In this document: in pieces, positions 1 to 9,353 of the stretch
Layout of the letters: each line of letters opens with the position of its first letter
Position numbering within the stretch: position 1 is the first letter of the stretch
Assembly: GCA_963667845.2 (NCBI GenBank)
Contig: CAXXVL010000002.1
Coordinates: 1,440,001 to 1,504,000, forward strand
Reading direction: 5' to 3'
Length of the DNA stretch: 64,000 nt
Source: Smithellaceae bacterium
Lineage (GTDB): Bacteria; Desulfobacterota; Syntrophia; Syntrophales; Smithellaceae
Made by a program: the position numbers and the translations under genes
Notes under the pieces: model-generated
The model's database searches: none
What the model was told of the DNA's origin: nothing
Seen by the model: the letters and a program-made list of their open reading frames with translations, nothing else

Positions 1-2
1 CC

Positions 3-1217
3 TATGATCAGACCTATCACGGTAAGGTTATGGAGATCGGGTTTCCTCAACGGGTTGCCGGATGCGCCGATTGTCACACCGGCCACAACACACTGAAGGC
101 AAGCGATCCCCGCGCCGCACTATATCCGGACAATCTGTATAAGTCATGTAAAGCCTGTCATGTGACTATTCACAAGCGCTTTGCCTCCTTTGAGCCCCAT
201 CCCGGAGCCGCCAGAGGGAGGACTTACCGTTCCCTGCATATCGCCGAGATATTCATGATTATTCTTTTGGCCGGTGTATTCGCGTTTTTCTGGCTGCACA
301 CGGTGCTGTGGTGGCGGCGCGCCTATCTGGACAAGTGCCGTCTGCACAAAGCCGGATTCATCGAAAATACAATTGGGCCGGAATGCCGCGACGAAAAGCA
401 GATTCAGCGATTTCCCCTGATTCAGCGGATCATGCATGTGCTGCTGATTCTTTCCTTCTTCACGCTGGTCCTGACCGGCTTTCCGCTGAAGTATGCCGGA
501 ACCGCGTGGGCAAAGGTGCTCGTCAACATGTGGGGCGGCCCGGAAATGTCCGGTATCTTCCACCGCATCGCGGCCTCCATTTTGTGCCTGCTCTTTTTCT
601 ATACCCTTTGGCTGTCGATTCGGTTCCTGTTTCCGAAGTGGCAATGGCGCGGCTGGATCGGACGTCTGATCGGTCCGGATTCATTGTTTCCCAACCTCAA
701 GGATCTTCGGGACATCAAAGGAATGTTCTTGTGGTTCTTCGGCAAAGGGCCGATGCCGAAGTTTGACCGCTGGACCTATTGGGAGAAATTCGATTTTCTG
801 GCCGTATTCTGGGGCATGACCGCTATCGGCCTTTCCGGGTTCATGCTGTGGTTCCCCGGAGCCTTCTCTTATGTCGTACCGGGCTGGGTCATCAATATTG
901 CTACCATCGTGCACTCGGAAGAGGCCTATCTGGCGGCTGTCTTCATTTTCACGGTGCATTTCTTCAACAACCACATCGTGCCCAACAAGTTTCCTCTCGA
1001 GCCGAACATCTTTACCGGTCGGTATCGTCTGGAGGCGATGCGTGAAGAGCGGGAATTGGAATACGAGCGTATGGTTGCCGAGGGTAAACTGGAATCCCTC
1101 AAACGTGAGGGTCCCGGCCTGTGGACGCAGCTGTTTGCTTCCGTGTTCGGCCTAGCCAGTCTGGTTCTCGGACTTCTGCTGCTGGGTCTTATTTTCTACG
1201 CCGTGATATTCTATTAG
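3..1217 (+). CDS. Multiheme cytochrome c fused to FdnI/HydC-type cytochrome b domain (CbcL-like), 5'-partial
   Basis: Frame open from base 3; CxxCH motifs CADCH and CKACH; then hydrophobic helices with His ligands (QRIMH, GIFHR, TIVHSEE, FTVHFF) and the motif FDRWTYWEKFDF. Confidence 0.8.
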   Translation, partial: YDQTYHGKVMEIGFPQRVAGCADCHTGHNTLKASDPRAALYPDNLYKSCKACHVTIHKRFASFEPHPGAARGRTYRSLHIAEIFMIILLAGVFAFFWLHTVLWWRRAYLDKCRLHKAGFIENTIGPECRDEKQIQRFPLIQRIMHVLLILSFFTLVLTGFPLKYAGTAWAKVLVNMWGGPEMSGIFHRIAASILCLLFFYTLWLSIRFLFPKWQWRGWIGRLIGPDSLFPNLKDLRDIKGMFLWFFGKGPMPKFDRWTYWEKFDFLAVFWGMTAIGLSGFMLWFPGAFSYVVPGWVINIATIVHSEEAYLAAVFIFTVHFFNNHIVPNKFPLEPNIFTGRYRLEAMREERELEYERMVAEGKLESLKREGPGLWTQLFASVFGLASLVLGLLLLGLIFYAVIFY

Positions 1218-1703
1218 ATCGACTCAAATCCCGGAAGCGAAGCGCCCGGGATTTGTTAGTCGATCTTGTCCCGCAAAGCGAAGCGTCGCGGGGTTAGATC
1301 CACCTTAAGAGAAGGCGGTCGAAGCGCCCGGGATTTGTTAGTCGATCTTATCCCGCAGAGCGAAGCGTCGCGGGGTTAGATCCACCTTAAGAGAAGGCAG
1401 TCGAAGCGCCCGGGATTTGTTTAGTCGATCTTATCCCGCAGAGCGAAGCGTCGCGGGGTTAGATCCACCTTAAGAGAAGGCAGTCGAAGCGCCCGGGATT
1501 TGTTAGTCGCTCTTATCCCGCAAAGCGAAGCGTCGCGGGGTTAGATCCACCTTAAGAGAAGGCGGTCGAAGCGCCCGGAATTTGTTAGTCGATCTTATCG
1601 TGGCGTACCGAAGTGAAGCGGGGCTAGATCCACCTTAAGCGTAGGCAAGTCGCCCGGAATTTGTTAGTCGATCTTGTCGGGGCAAAGCGAAGCGTCGCGG
1701 GGT
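1216..1703. repeat. Tandem array of ~5.7 copies of an 82-bp palindromic unit, preceded by a long hairpin
   Basis: Units start at 1238, 1320, 1402, 1485, 1567 and ~1649 (last two degenerate). Consensus CGAAGCGCCCGGGATTTGTTAGTCGATCTTATCCCGCA(A/G)AGCGAAGCGTCGCGGGGTTAGATCCACCTTAAGAGAAGGC(A/G)GT. Confidence 0.95.
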
Positions 1704-1797
1704 CAGGGCGACATTGTTATGAATAGCTTGACTTTTTTCAGCGCGTTCTTAGATTAACCCGGACGCGCGGTAATAAAACATCCAGGAGAAAATTCTT

Positions 1798-3183
1798 TTG
1801 ACAAAAAACAAATCCGGCATCTGGTCTTTCTTTTCCTCGGTTCAACTGGCCATTGTTCTTCTCTCGCTCATCGCTTTTTTTGCCGTGATCGGAACGATTG
1901 TCCCTCAGCGGGAAGCTGCCGCAGAGCTGTCGGGCAGTCTGTCGCCAACCTTATTTGCATTTCTCACGAAGATGCAGATTTTCGATCTTTATCACTCCGT
2001 CTGGTTTTTTCTTCTGACGGGGCTCTTGGCGGTAAACCTGATCATCTGTTCACTGGATCGATTTCCCATGGCCTGGCGGCGTTTCCGCATGAAGCCTTCA
2101 CCCCTTAATGAAGATGCCTTTAAAGGCCTTCCCGCAGATAACACTTTCCCGGCGAAAGCGGATAAACAAAAAGCCGCAGATGCCGCCGCTTTACTCCTGA
2201 AAAAAAAATACCGGGCGTTTACCCGGGCCGATGAGGAGGATAGCATTTCCTTTTGCGTCCAAAAAGGCCGTTTTTCTCATTTCGGCGTCTATATTGTTCA
2301 CGTGAGTTTTCTGGTTCTCATTGCGGGAGCGATTATCGGTTCGGTGTTCGGCACTGAAGGATATGTTAATATCACCGAGGGCGAGACGATCAGCAGCATC
2401 AATTTGCGCAGCAATAACCAACCGATGCCCCTGCCGTTTTCCGTGCGCTGTGACAAATTCACGGTGGAATTTTACGAAACCGGCGCGCCCAAGACGTTTC
2501 AATCGGATCTGGCCTTTCTGAAGAATAACAAAACGGTCTTGTCGGGAAAGCTTCGCGTCAATCATCCTATTGCTTTCGAGGGATTCCGTTTTTACCAGGC
2601 AAGCTACGGTGCGGCCCCGGGGGGGAAAGCGACGCTGGTCTTGACCACAGACGGCAGCCGCGATGTCATGAATGTGGCGGCGGGATTCACATTTGACCTG
2701 CCGGGCAAAGAAGGGACCTTCGAAGTTTTAAGAGTCGAGCAGAATCTGATGAAGATGGGGCCCGCGGTCAAAGTCACCATCCGGTCCAAAAAAGAAGAGG
2801 CAACGTTTTGGGTTTTCCGGGATATCGACAAGATCAAACAACTGAGCCCGGATATCTTTGAACAGGTTCCGATGTTCAATCCAAGCCTTTTCCGTCCCTA
2901 CACGTTTACCCTGTCCGGACTCGAAGAGAAATATTATACCGGCCTGCAGGTCACCCGCGATCCGGGGACACCGGTTGTCGCTTGCGCGGCCCTGCTTTTG
3001 ATCGGCGGATTGATGATCATTTTGTTTACCTATGCGCGCTCGATCTGGGTACGGGTCGATCAGAAAAAAGATAAGGTCCTGATCAGCATTGCCGGACGAA
3101 GCTATAAGAATCAGGCCGGGCTGGAAAAAGAAATACAATACCTGCTCTCTGAGCTCAGGGATAATCTGGAGACGTCCAAATGA
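1798..3183 (+). CDS. resB: Cytochrome c biogenesis protein ResB/Ccs1 (system II)
   Basis: N-terminal TM with IGTIVPQ, FDLYHSVWF, YIVHVSFL, VNHPI, YQASYG, TGLQVTRDPG; TTG start after GGAG. Confidence 0.9.
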   Translation: MTKNKSGIWSFFSSVQLAIVLLSLIAFFAVIGTIVPQREAAAELSGSLSPTLFAFLTKMQIFDLYHSVWFFLLTGLLAVNLIICSLDRFPMAWRRFRMKPSPLNEDAFKGLPADNTFPAKADKQKAADAAALLLKKKYRAFTRADEEDSISFCVQKGRFSHFGVYIVHVSFLVLIAGAIIGSVFGTEGYVNITEGETISSINLRSNNQPMPLPFSVRCDKFTVEFYETGAPKTFQSDLAFLKNNKTVLSGKLRVNHPIAFEGFRFYQASYGAAPGGKATLVLTTDGSRDVMNVAAGFTFDLPGKEGTFEVLRVEQNLMKMGPAVKVTIRSKKEEATFWVFRDIDKIKQLSPDIFEQVPMFNPSLFRPYTFTLSGLEEKYYTGLQVTRDPGTPVVACAALLLIGGLMIILFTYARSIWVRVDQKKDKVLISIAGRSYKNQAGLEKEIQYLLSELRDNLETSK

Positions 3184-4025
3184 TCAATACCACCATTTTG
3201 AGTTGGGTGACTTTCGTCTATTTTGCCGCATTTGTTTTTTATCTTTTCCGGATGATCCTGGGAAAGGAATTCTGGGGGAAAATCGCAACCTGGGTGGCCT
3301 TTGCCGGACTTGTTGCCCAGAGCATCGCGCTCATCATCCGCTGGAAAACATCCTACGACCTCGGCATGGGGCATGCCCCGCTGTCCAATTTTTACGAGTC
3401 GCTGATCTTTTTCGCCTGGACCATTGTGATGCTTTATCTGCTCATGGAATGGCGGATGAAGAACCGCAGCATCGGCGTTTTTGTCATGCCGGTGGCTTTT
3501 CTGATTATGGCGTATGCCTCTATCGCGCCGGGAATCAACAGTCGCATTGAACCCCTGATTCCCGCGCTGCAAAGCAACTGGCTGACTTCCCATGTCCTGA
3601 CGTGCTTCATGGGGTATGCGTCATTCACCGTGGCGTTCGCGCTGGGCATCATATTTCTGATCAAGGGTAAGGAGAACGGGAAGGATTCCCCAGCCGGAGG
3701 GCTTGACCGTCGGCTCCCTTCAGAATATCAAATGGATGAGCTGATGTATTCCAGCACTGCCCTGGGGTTCATATTCCTGACGCTGGGGATCGCCACCGGT
3801 TCGGTCTGGGCGCATTATGCCTGGGGCTCTTACTGGAGCTGGGACCCGAAGGAGACGTGGTCGTTGATTACGTGGCTGGTGTATGCCGTCATGCTGCATG
3901 CCCGGCTGGTGCGCGGCTGGAGGGGTCGGCGCATGGCCATCATGGCGATTGTCGGATTCGCCTGTGTCTTGTTTACCTATCTGGGTGTAAATTTGCTGCC
4001 CAGCCTGCACAGCTACATGAGCTGA
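3180..4025 (+). CDS. resC: Cytochrome c biogenesis heme lyase/permease ResC/CcsA
   Basis: WWD motif WGSYWSWDPKET, PALQSNWLTSHV, C-terminal LHSY; overlaps the resB stop. Confidence 0.93.
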   Translation: MINTTILSWVTFVYFAAFVFYLFRMILGKEFWGKIATWVAFAGLVAQSIALIIRWKTSYDLGMGHAPLSNFYESLIFFAWTIVMLYLLMEWRMKNRSIGVFVMPVAFLIMAYASIAPGINSRIEPLIPALQSNWLTSHVLTCFMGYASFTVAFALGIIFLIKGKENGKDSPAGGLDRRLPSEYQMDELMYSSTALGFIFLTLGIATGSVWAHYAWGSYWSWDPKETWSLITWLVYAVMLHARLVRGWRGRRMAIMAIVGFACVLFTYLGVNLLPSLHSYMS

Positions 4026-4238
4026 TACCACATCCAAAGGAAGTATTTGCCATTTGGGTAAATACTCCCGCCAAGGGAACCATTTACCGGGCGCTCCGCT
4101 CACGGGAGAGCGCGACCCGGCAAAACACTATCTTTGTTGGAGCCGCACACCGGCCAGGGGTCGCCCGAACGCATGAATCCGCGCGCTTCCGGTGCATCGT
4201 CCGGCCGCTGTGCTATCATCTTTGCCGTCCAAGCGGCT

Positions 4239-4697
4239 TCACTTTTTGAGAAATTCCAATATCTCGTTGATATCCGGAAGTTCCCGCATGGGATAGACTT
4301 TGACAAAGGCTGCTTTTCGTTCACCATCCAGAATGATGTTGGCCCGTTCCGAGAAACCGAACTTGTCGATGAAGATCCCCAACTTCGCCGCGAGACCGCC
4401 GTGCGGCCAGAAATCGGCCAGCATGTCGACTTTTTCGATTCCCAGGCTTTTGGCCCAGGCTTTCTTGCAGGGAGCGGAATCCACAGACACGCCCAGAGGG
4501 ATGGTATTTTGCGACTCAAAGACATCAAAATGGGTCTCGAGCGACTGCATCTGCCTGGCGCAAACGTCCGTCCAGGCCAGGGGATGAAATGACAGGAGAA
4601 TCTTCTTCCCTGAAAGCTGAGCCGTATCGATCGGCACATCCCGCTGACATTTCAGAGAAAAGTCTCCGAACACATCGCCGACTTTGATCCTGTCCAT
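4239..4697 (-). CDS. Peroxiredoxin (AhpC/TSA family, AhpE-like)
   Basis: PxxxTxxC motif (PLAWTDVC), LADFWPHG, SERA. Confidence 0.88.
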   Translation of the reverse strand: MDRIKVGDVFGDFSLKCQRDVPIDTAQLSGKKILLSFHPLAWTDVCARQMQSLETHFDVFESQNTIPLGVSVDSAPCKKAWAKSLGIEKVDMLADFWPHGGLAAKLGIFIDKFGFSERANIILDGERKAAFVKVYPMRELPDINEILEFLKK

Positions 4698-4974
4698 TTT
4701 ATGTTCTCCTTTTATCCGAAAAAACGCAGAGAAAAAACAACCACACGAAATAATTCTGTAATGAGTTAAATAACACTGATGATGGATGTCAAGCCCTCAA
4801 AAGGATTTGATCAAGCGAGTCGGCAGGGCGCGGCTTCGCAATGCGCAGGCCTGCGAGAGTTTTGCGAAGTGGGTTGCGGTTATTCCGGGCGAGCGTTCTG
4901 ACTTCAGCGCCTGCCGGGCGAGCGGCCGTTTTAAATATATTCTAACGGATTCCGGACAACCGCTCAGTCCCGGT

Positions 4975-5673
4975 TTAGTCGATGGACATCAGCGATTGCC
5001 AGCGCTCCCATTCCGTGGCGTGCGGCAGGCCATGGGCTTTGATCAGTTTTAAGATCGGCTCCTCGTTGAATCGCAAATAGGGATTAATTTTCCGCTCAAA
5101 GGCGAGCGTGGAATAAAGAAAGTCCGGATCAAGGGTTAGGCGGAAGCGTTCGATGTCCTGATTTTGCGGCTCCAGGTGCTTCGCAAAAGCCAGAGAATCG
5201 CGGATATAGTCGTGCCCCGCAAATACGCGCGTTTCGTCAGGCAAGGCCCTGAGACGCAGGATGGAATTGAAAAATCCCTTCAGGTCGCCGGTGAAGCAAT
5301 TGCCGACTGTGCCGTTAAAGAGCGTGTCGCCGGTAATGAGGTTGTTGCCGGTATGAAAACAGACTGAATCCGTGGAGTGTCCCGGAGTCCGGTAAACGGT
5401 GATCGTCTCGCCGTCCACCAGGATCGTTTCATTGTCGGCCAGCATCGCGCAATCAAGAAACCGGGCCTTTGTTTTCTTAAGCAGATGGTCATCTCCCGGC
5501 GTATGGTCGTAATGCCGATGCGTATTGGTGACAAATTTGAGCGTCAGCCGGTTGGCGTCCAGGAAAGACAGTATTTCCTGCCAGGCTCCGCCGTCAATCG
5601 CCATTGCCTCCGTCGTGCCGTAAAGCAGGTATGCTAAATTATCGCCGTAGCGAAATTGTTCAATGCCGAGCAT
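4975..5673 (-). CDS. Hydroxyacylglutathione hydrolase-like metallo-beta-lactamase
   Basis: THRHYDH, TPGHS, TGDTLF, GHDY, STLAFERKINPYLR. Confidence 0.85.
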   Translation of the reverse strand: MLGIEQFRYGDNLAYLLYGTTEAMAIDGGAWQEILSFLDANRLTLKFVTNTHRHYDHTPGDDHLLKKTKARFLDCAMLADNETILVDGETITVYRTPGHSTDSVCFHTGNNLITGDTLFNGTVGNCFTGDLKGFFNSILRLRALPDETRVFAGHDYIRDSLAFAKHLEPQNQDIERFRLTLDPDFLYSTLAFERKINPYLRFNEEPILKLIKAHGLPHATEWERWQSLMSID

Positions 5674-5682
5674 AGGGTTCCT

Positions 5683-6222
5683 TTATTTTACGATTTTAAA
5701 AATATCTCTGGCCTTCGGATCGGCCGCGGTACGCAGCAATTCGAATAAAACCATTTCCGTGGACGTAATGTGCGCCCCGGCGCTTTTGATGGCCTGAATG
5801 CCGATCTCACGGTTTTCGGCCGTCCGTGACGAGACGGCGTCGGCAACCAGATGAACGGTATACCCGTTGGATATCAAATCGAGCGCCGTCTGATACACAC
5901 AGATATGGCACTCGATGCCCGTCAGCACGACATGCCGGCGGGTGAGCGATTCCAGCTGGTCATGAAAAGATGCGTTGGCCCAGCAGCTGAAGGTTTCCTT
6001 GGCAATCGGCCTGACGCCGGTGAGGTCCCCCGCCAGTTGGGGAATGGTCGGCCCCATTTTTTCCGGAATATGCTCTGTCACCATGACCGGCAGGTTCAGC
6101 GCCTTGAATCCCTGAATCAATTTGACGTTATTGGCAAATAGATTTTCCTGGTCCACCATGACCTGGGACAGCTTGCCCTGAAAGTCGATCATAATTAAAA
6201 CGGCGGCGGTGCGGCTTAGCAT
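5683..6222 (-). CDS. Isochorismatase-family cysteine hydrolase
   Basis: IDFQGKL, K..FSC, GIECHICVYQTALD, DAVSSR; start moved to the ATG after GGAGG. Confidence 0.88.
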   Translation of the reverse strand: MLSRTAAVLIMIDFQGKLSQVMVDQENLFANNVKLIQGFKALNLPVMVTEHIPEKMGPTIPQLAGDLTGVRPIAKETFSCWANASFHDQLESLTRRHVVLTGIECHICVYQTALDLISNGYTVHLVADAVSSRTAENREIGIQAIKSAGAHITSTEMVLFELLRTAADPKARDIFKIVK

Positions 6223-6330
6223 GATTCCTCCGGTGTTTATCGTTCTTGATGCGACAAGATAGTTAATTTGCTTAATTCTTGTCAATCAATATTATTACTG
6301 GTAAAAGAAAGCAAAAAGGGAAGAAACCCC

Positions 6331-7119
6331 ATGCTGCCCACTGTCCAAAATATCATGCTTCATGAATACCGCGAAGGCACGCTCGCCTGCGTGTCGCTGC
6401 CGTTTTCCACCGAATATGCCGTACTCTTGAAAGTCAACGGCAGCCCGTATGTGACGATGGCCTGCTCCGGCAATTATCTGCGGGAGCATATTACCGGCTA
6501 CCTGATCACGGAGGGAATCATCAGCGGCACGGACCAGGTGGAAAGAATGGACATCGACGAAGCCAATCTGACCGTCAACGCCGTTTTGATTAACGATGGC
6601 ATCATCGCCGACAAACTCGAGCGCATTAAGACCATTTCGGCGGCCGGTGGAAGAAGCAAAAAGAACCTCCCTCCTGAGGATCTGATCCGCAGGAGTCTTC
6701 CCGAGGTGCGGGCCCAAGTCATCCTGCAATCCATGAGCGAGTTTCTGACCTATTCGCGGGAGCATGAAGCCACGCACGGGGTGCACGGCGCCGCTCTGTA
6801 TTCGCTTGCCGGAGAGCGCCTGGCATTTTTCGACGAGATCGGAAGGCACAACGCCATCGATAAAATTATCGGTTACGCGGCCCTGAACAGGCTGGGCCTG
6901 GAAGATAAAATGATCTGTTCGACCGGCCGGATATCCAGTGAAATTGCTTTCAAATTCATTAATGCCCGTGCGCCTGTGCTGATCACGCGGGCATCGCCCA
7001 CGACGATGAGCGTCGGGCTGCTGCGGCACTATAATATCTTAAGTATTGTCCGTGCCATCAACGGTCGGTTCTACGTTGTGAACGGGAAAGAAAATATTGT
7101 TTTGCCCTGCCGGGACTGA
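6331..7119 (+). CDS. fdhD: Formate dehydrogenase accessory protein FdhD-like
   Basis: GYLITEGII, THGVHGAAL, DEIGRHNAIDKIIG, STGRISSE; start at ATG 6331. Confidence 0.85.
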   Translation: MLPTVQNIMLHEYREGTLACVSLPFSTEYAVLLKVNGSPYVTMACSGNYLREHITGYLITEGIISGTDQVERMDIDEANLTVNAVLINDGIIADKLERIKTISAAGGRSKKNLPPEDLIRRSLPEVRAQVILQSMSEFLTYSREHEATHGVHGAALYSLAGERLAFFDEIGRHNAIDKIIGYAALNRLGLEDKMICSTGRISSEIAFKFINARAPVLITRASPTTMSVGLLRHYNILSIVRAINGRFYVVNGKENIVLPCRD

Positions 7120-7161
7120 AAGCCTGCGCCGCAGATTTTTTAAATTTATTGGGGGCGCCCC

Positions 7162-7791
7162 ATGAATCGGATTATTGCCGCCGTAAATTTCTGTATTTCA
7201 GGATATTTCATTGTCAATATCATCAGGCACATGATTCGGCCCGGGATGAATTCGGGATATACACGCATGCTGATGTTTGCCTTGCTGGCAACCATTCCGC
7301 TGGTCTTCATGCTGATGATGGTCGCGGGCAGGGAACGGTGGTTGTTTCTTCTGGAGCGCGCCAAAGAAATGGCCGGAGGCGGCCCGCTGATGATTCTCCT
7401 GCTCGCGGGTCTGGTTATTCTGGCGATTGTGCTGCCGCTCGGACTGCTGGGCGGCATCTGGTATGGCATGGGTTTTCAGTTCGGCACCCTGTTTATTCTC
7501 TATTTTGTCCCGATCATCTCGCGGCTCATTTTCAATACCACTCAGCAATCGGTCGTGTCTGCCATCATGCAGGGACTGCTTTTCTTTGCTTCCTTTTTAA
7601 TCGGAATAACTATTGTCGGAGTGATGGAGCGCTTCGGCTCGGGCGTGCAGATCTATGACACGCATCTGCAACTGGTCTGGCCCGGCTATCGTGACGCGGC
7701 CAAAATGTTTTTCAGCGTCTGTGTCTTCGCACTGACGAACCAGCTGATCGCGGTTTATTATGAGGTCCAGTCCCTGCTGGGCCGCAATTAA
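7162..7791 (+). CDS. Hypothetical polytopic membrane protein
   Basis: About six hydrophobic segments; co-oriented with and just after fdhD. Confidence 0.65.
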   Translation: MNRIIAAVNFCISGYFIVNIIRHMIRPGMNSGYTRMLMFALLATIPLVFMLMMVAGRERWLFLLERAKEMAGGGPLMILLLAGLVILAIVLPLGLLGGIWYGMGFQFGTLFILYFVPIISRLIFNTTQQSVVSAIMQGLLFFASFLIGITIVGVMERFGSGVQIYDTHLQLVWPGYRDAAKMFFSVCVFALTNQLIAVYYEVQSLLGRN

Positions 7792-8121
7792 ACATGGCGA
7801 TCTTATTCGGCGGGCGGCCTTCCGGCCTCGGCGGCGGCGCCCCGGGTATAGTCTTCAGATCCAATACCGACGGCCGGATCAAACCGGCAAACCCCTTGCC
7901 CGATTGAAAAGTCAAAGCCGCCTCATCGATCAATAATACCTGCGGACTCCTGCTGCCAGCCCGCTGAGAAGGGCATCCGTTTCCCGAATGGATTTGCAGG
8001 GAATTCAATATGACCGGCTGTTGCATCACGGGAAGATAGATCTTGAAAACGTTTACAAAATGTTGCTTACTGCGATAACGATCTTTGATGAAAAGCACGA
8101 CGATGGAAAGGAGCAGATCTG

Positions 8122-8559
8122 ATGAAAAGAATTGTGTCCGGAGTTCTTATGGTTATGCTTTCAGCCATGTTTCTGATCCCCAGCGGCGCGACAGCCGCTG
8201 CCTTGATGGATATTCAAAAATTAAAGAGGACAAATGCGTGTTCCGGCTGTGACCTGAGCTGGTCAAACCTCTACGGGGCTAACCTCAGCGGAGCAGACCT
8301 TGATGGGGCGAATCTGCACGGAACGAACCTCTATGGGGCGAACCTGGCGGGAGCAACCTTGATCAAGGCAAATCTGCAGGGAGCAAATCTCAGCAGGGCC
8401 AATCTGCGAGGGACGGATTTGGAGGGAGCCGATTTGCAGGGGGCAAACCTGCGGAAAAGTAATCTGCAGGGAGTAACTTTGAAAGACGCGAAACTTGGCG
8501 GGGCGACATGGATCAACGGGACCCTGTGCAAAACGGGATCCATCGGGGAATGTAAATAA
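8122..8559 (+). CDS. Secreted pentapeptide-repeat protein
   Basis: Signal peptide, CSGCDL, repeated A(N/D)Lxx pentapeptides, C-terminal WINGTLCKTGSIGECK; RBS AAGGAG. Confidence 0.92.
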   Translation: MKRIVSGVLMVMLSAMFLIPSGATAAALMDIQKLKRTNACSGCDLSWSNLYGANLSGADLDGANLHGTNLYGANLAGATLIKANLQGANLSRANLRGTDLEGADLQGANLRKSNLQGVTLKDAKLGGATWINGTLCKTGSIGECK

Positions 8560-8565
8560 CCGATG

Positions 8566-8601
8566 ATGCCGGAGAGAATATTGAATTCCCCCGGCATTTT
8601 T
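8566..8601 (+). terminator. Probable intrinsic terminator
   Basis: ATGCCGG...CCGGCAT stem followed by a T-run, directly after the stop. Confidence 0.6.
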
Positions 8602-8630
8602 CACACCTTTTTCTCAAAGGCCGCCGTTTG

Positions 8631-8731
8631 TTTAATCCCGCTTAAGCCCGACGAGCGTTAATTCCCTGTCGCTTGCTGCGAAATTGTGACGTTCATTTTA
8701 TACCTCGACAGCTTGCTGCGAGGTTGTTGAT
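8631..8731 (-). mobile_element. ~100-bp dispersed hairpin element, copy 1 (IS200/IS605-end-like miniature element)
   Basis: Highly similar to the copies at 17412, 46543, 47802 and 55785. Confidence 0.65.
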
Positions 8732-8778
8732 CGCGGCGTTTATTTGATCTTTGCCTTTTGCCTTTGATCCGCAATCTC

Positions 8779-9177
8779 TTATCGTTCACTTAACTCCAAC
8801 AGAATTCCGCCGGTCGATTTGGGGTGAACAAAAGCGATCCTCGCGCCGCCCGCACCATAGCGCGGCGTTTCATCGATCAGGCGGACGCCTTTGGCTTTGA
8901 GTTCGGCAAGTGCCGCTTCGATATTATCCACGCGCAAGGCCAGGTGCTGAATGCCTTCGCCGTTCTTTTCAATGTGTTTGGCAATGGGACCGTCAGGAGA
9001 AGTTGATTCCAAAAGCTCGATCTCCGAGTCCCCTACGGGAAAGAAAGAAACTTTCACTTTCTGCTGGACCACTTCCTCGACTCCCGTTGATTTGATGCCC
9101 AGCATTTCATACAGCTTCGCGCTCTCCGCGAGGCTCTTGACGGCAATACCGATGTGATCAACCTTTAAAATGTTCAT
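8779..9177 (-). CDS. mce: Methylmalonyl-CoA epimerase
   Basis: [36 protein letters not shown]. Confidence 0.93.
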   Translation of the reverse strand: MNILKVDHIGIAVKSLAESAKLYEMLGIKSTGVEEVVQQKVKVSFFPVGDSEIELLESTSPDGPIAKHIEKNGEGIQHLALRVDNIEAALAELKAKGVRLIDETPRYGAGGARIAFVHPKSTGGILLELSER

Positions 9178-9226
9178 TACCTCTCCTTTGTTTATATCGT
9201 CATTTGTATTTCATATTTTGGTGTTC

Positions 9227-9254
9227 GCAGTGAACGCTCGCGAGCGTTCACTAC
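9227..9254. repeat. REP-like palindrome
   Basis: Perfect 24-nt palindrome AGTGAACGCTCGCGAGCGTTCACT; the minus strand begins GTAG. Confidence 0.6.
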
Positions 9255-9300
9255 AGCTATCGGGAATGGTCGATAGTGTAAACCAGGGTACTTTATAGCT

Positions 9301-9353
9301 GCTTTATCCTTTTTCTTGAACCTTGATCCTTGTGCCTTGGACCTTTAGCCTTA
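9301..9353 (-). repeat. Degenerate heptamer repeats (CAAGGNN)
   Basis: Minus strand TAAGGCT AAAGGTC CAAGGCA CAAGGAT CAAGGTT, starting at the meaB stop. Confidence 0.8.

Noticed and set aside
1238..1703. CRISPR array
   Set aside because: Whole units are near-identical with no unique spacers, and no cas genes are present in the window.
4239..4697. Selenocysteine recoding in the peroxiredoxin
   Set aside because: The active site is encoded as Cys and there is no in-frame TGA.
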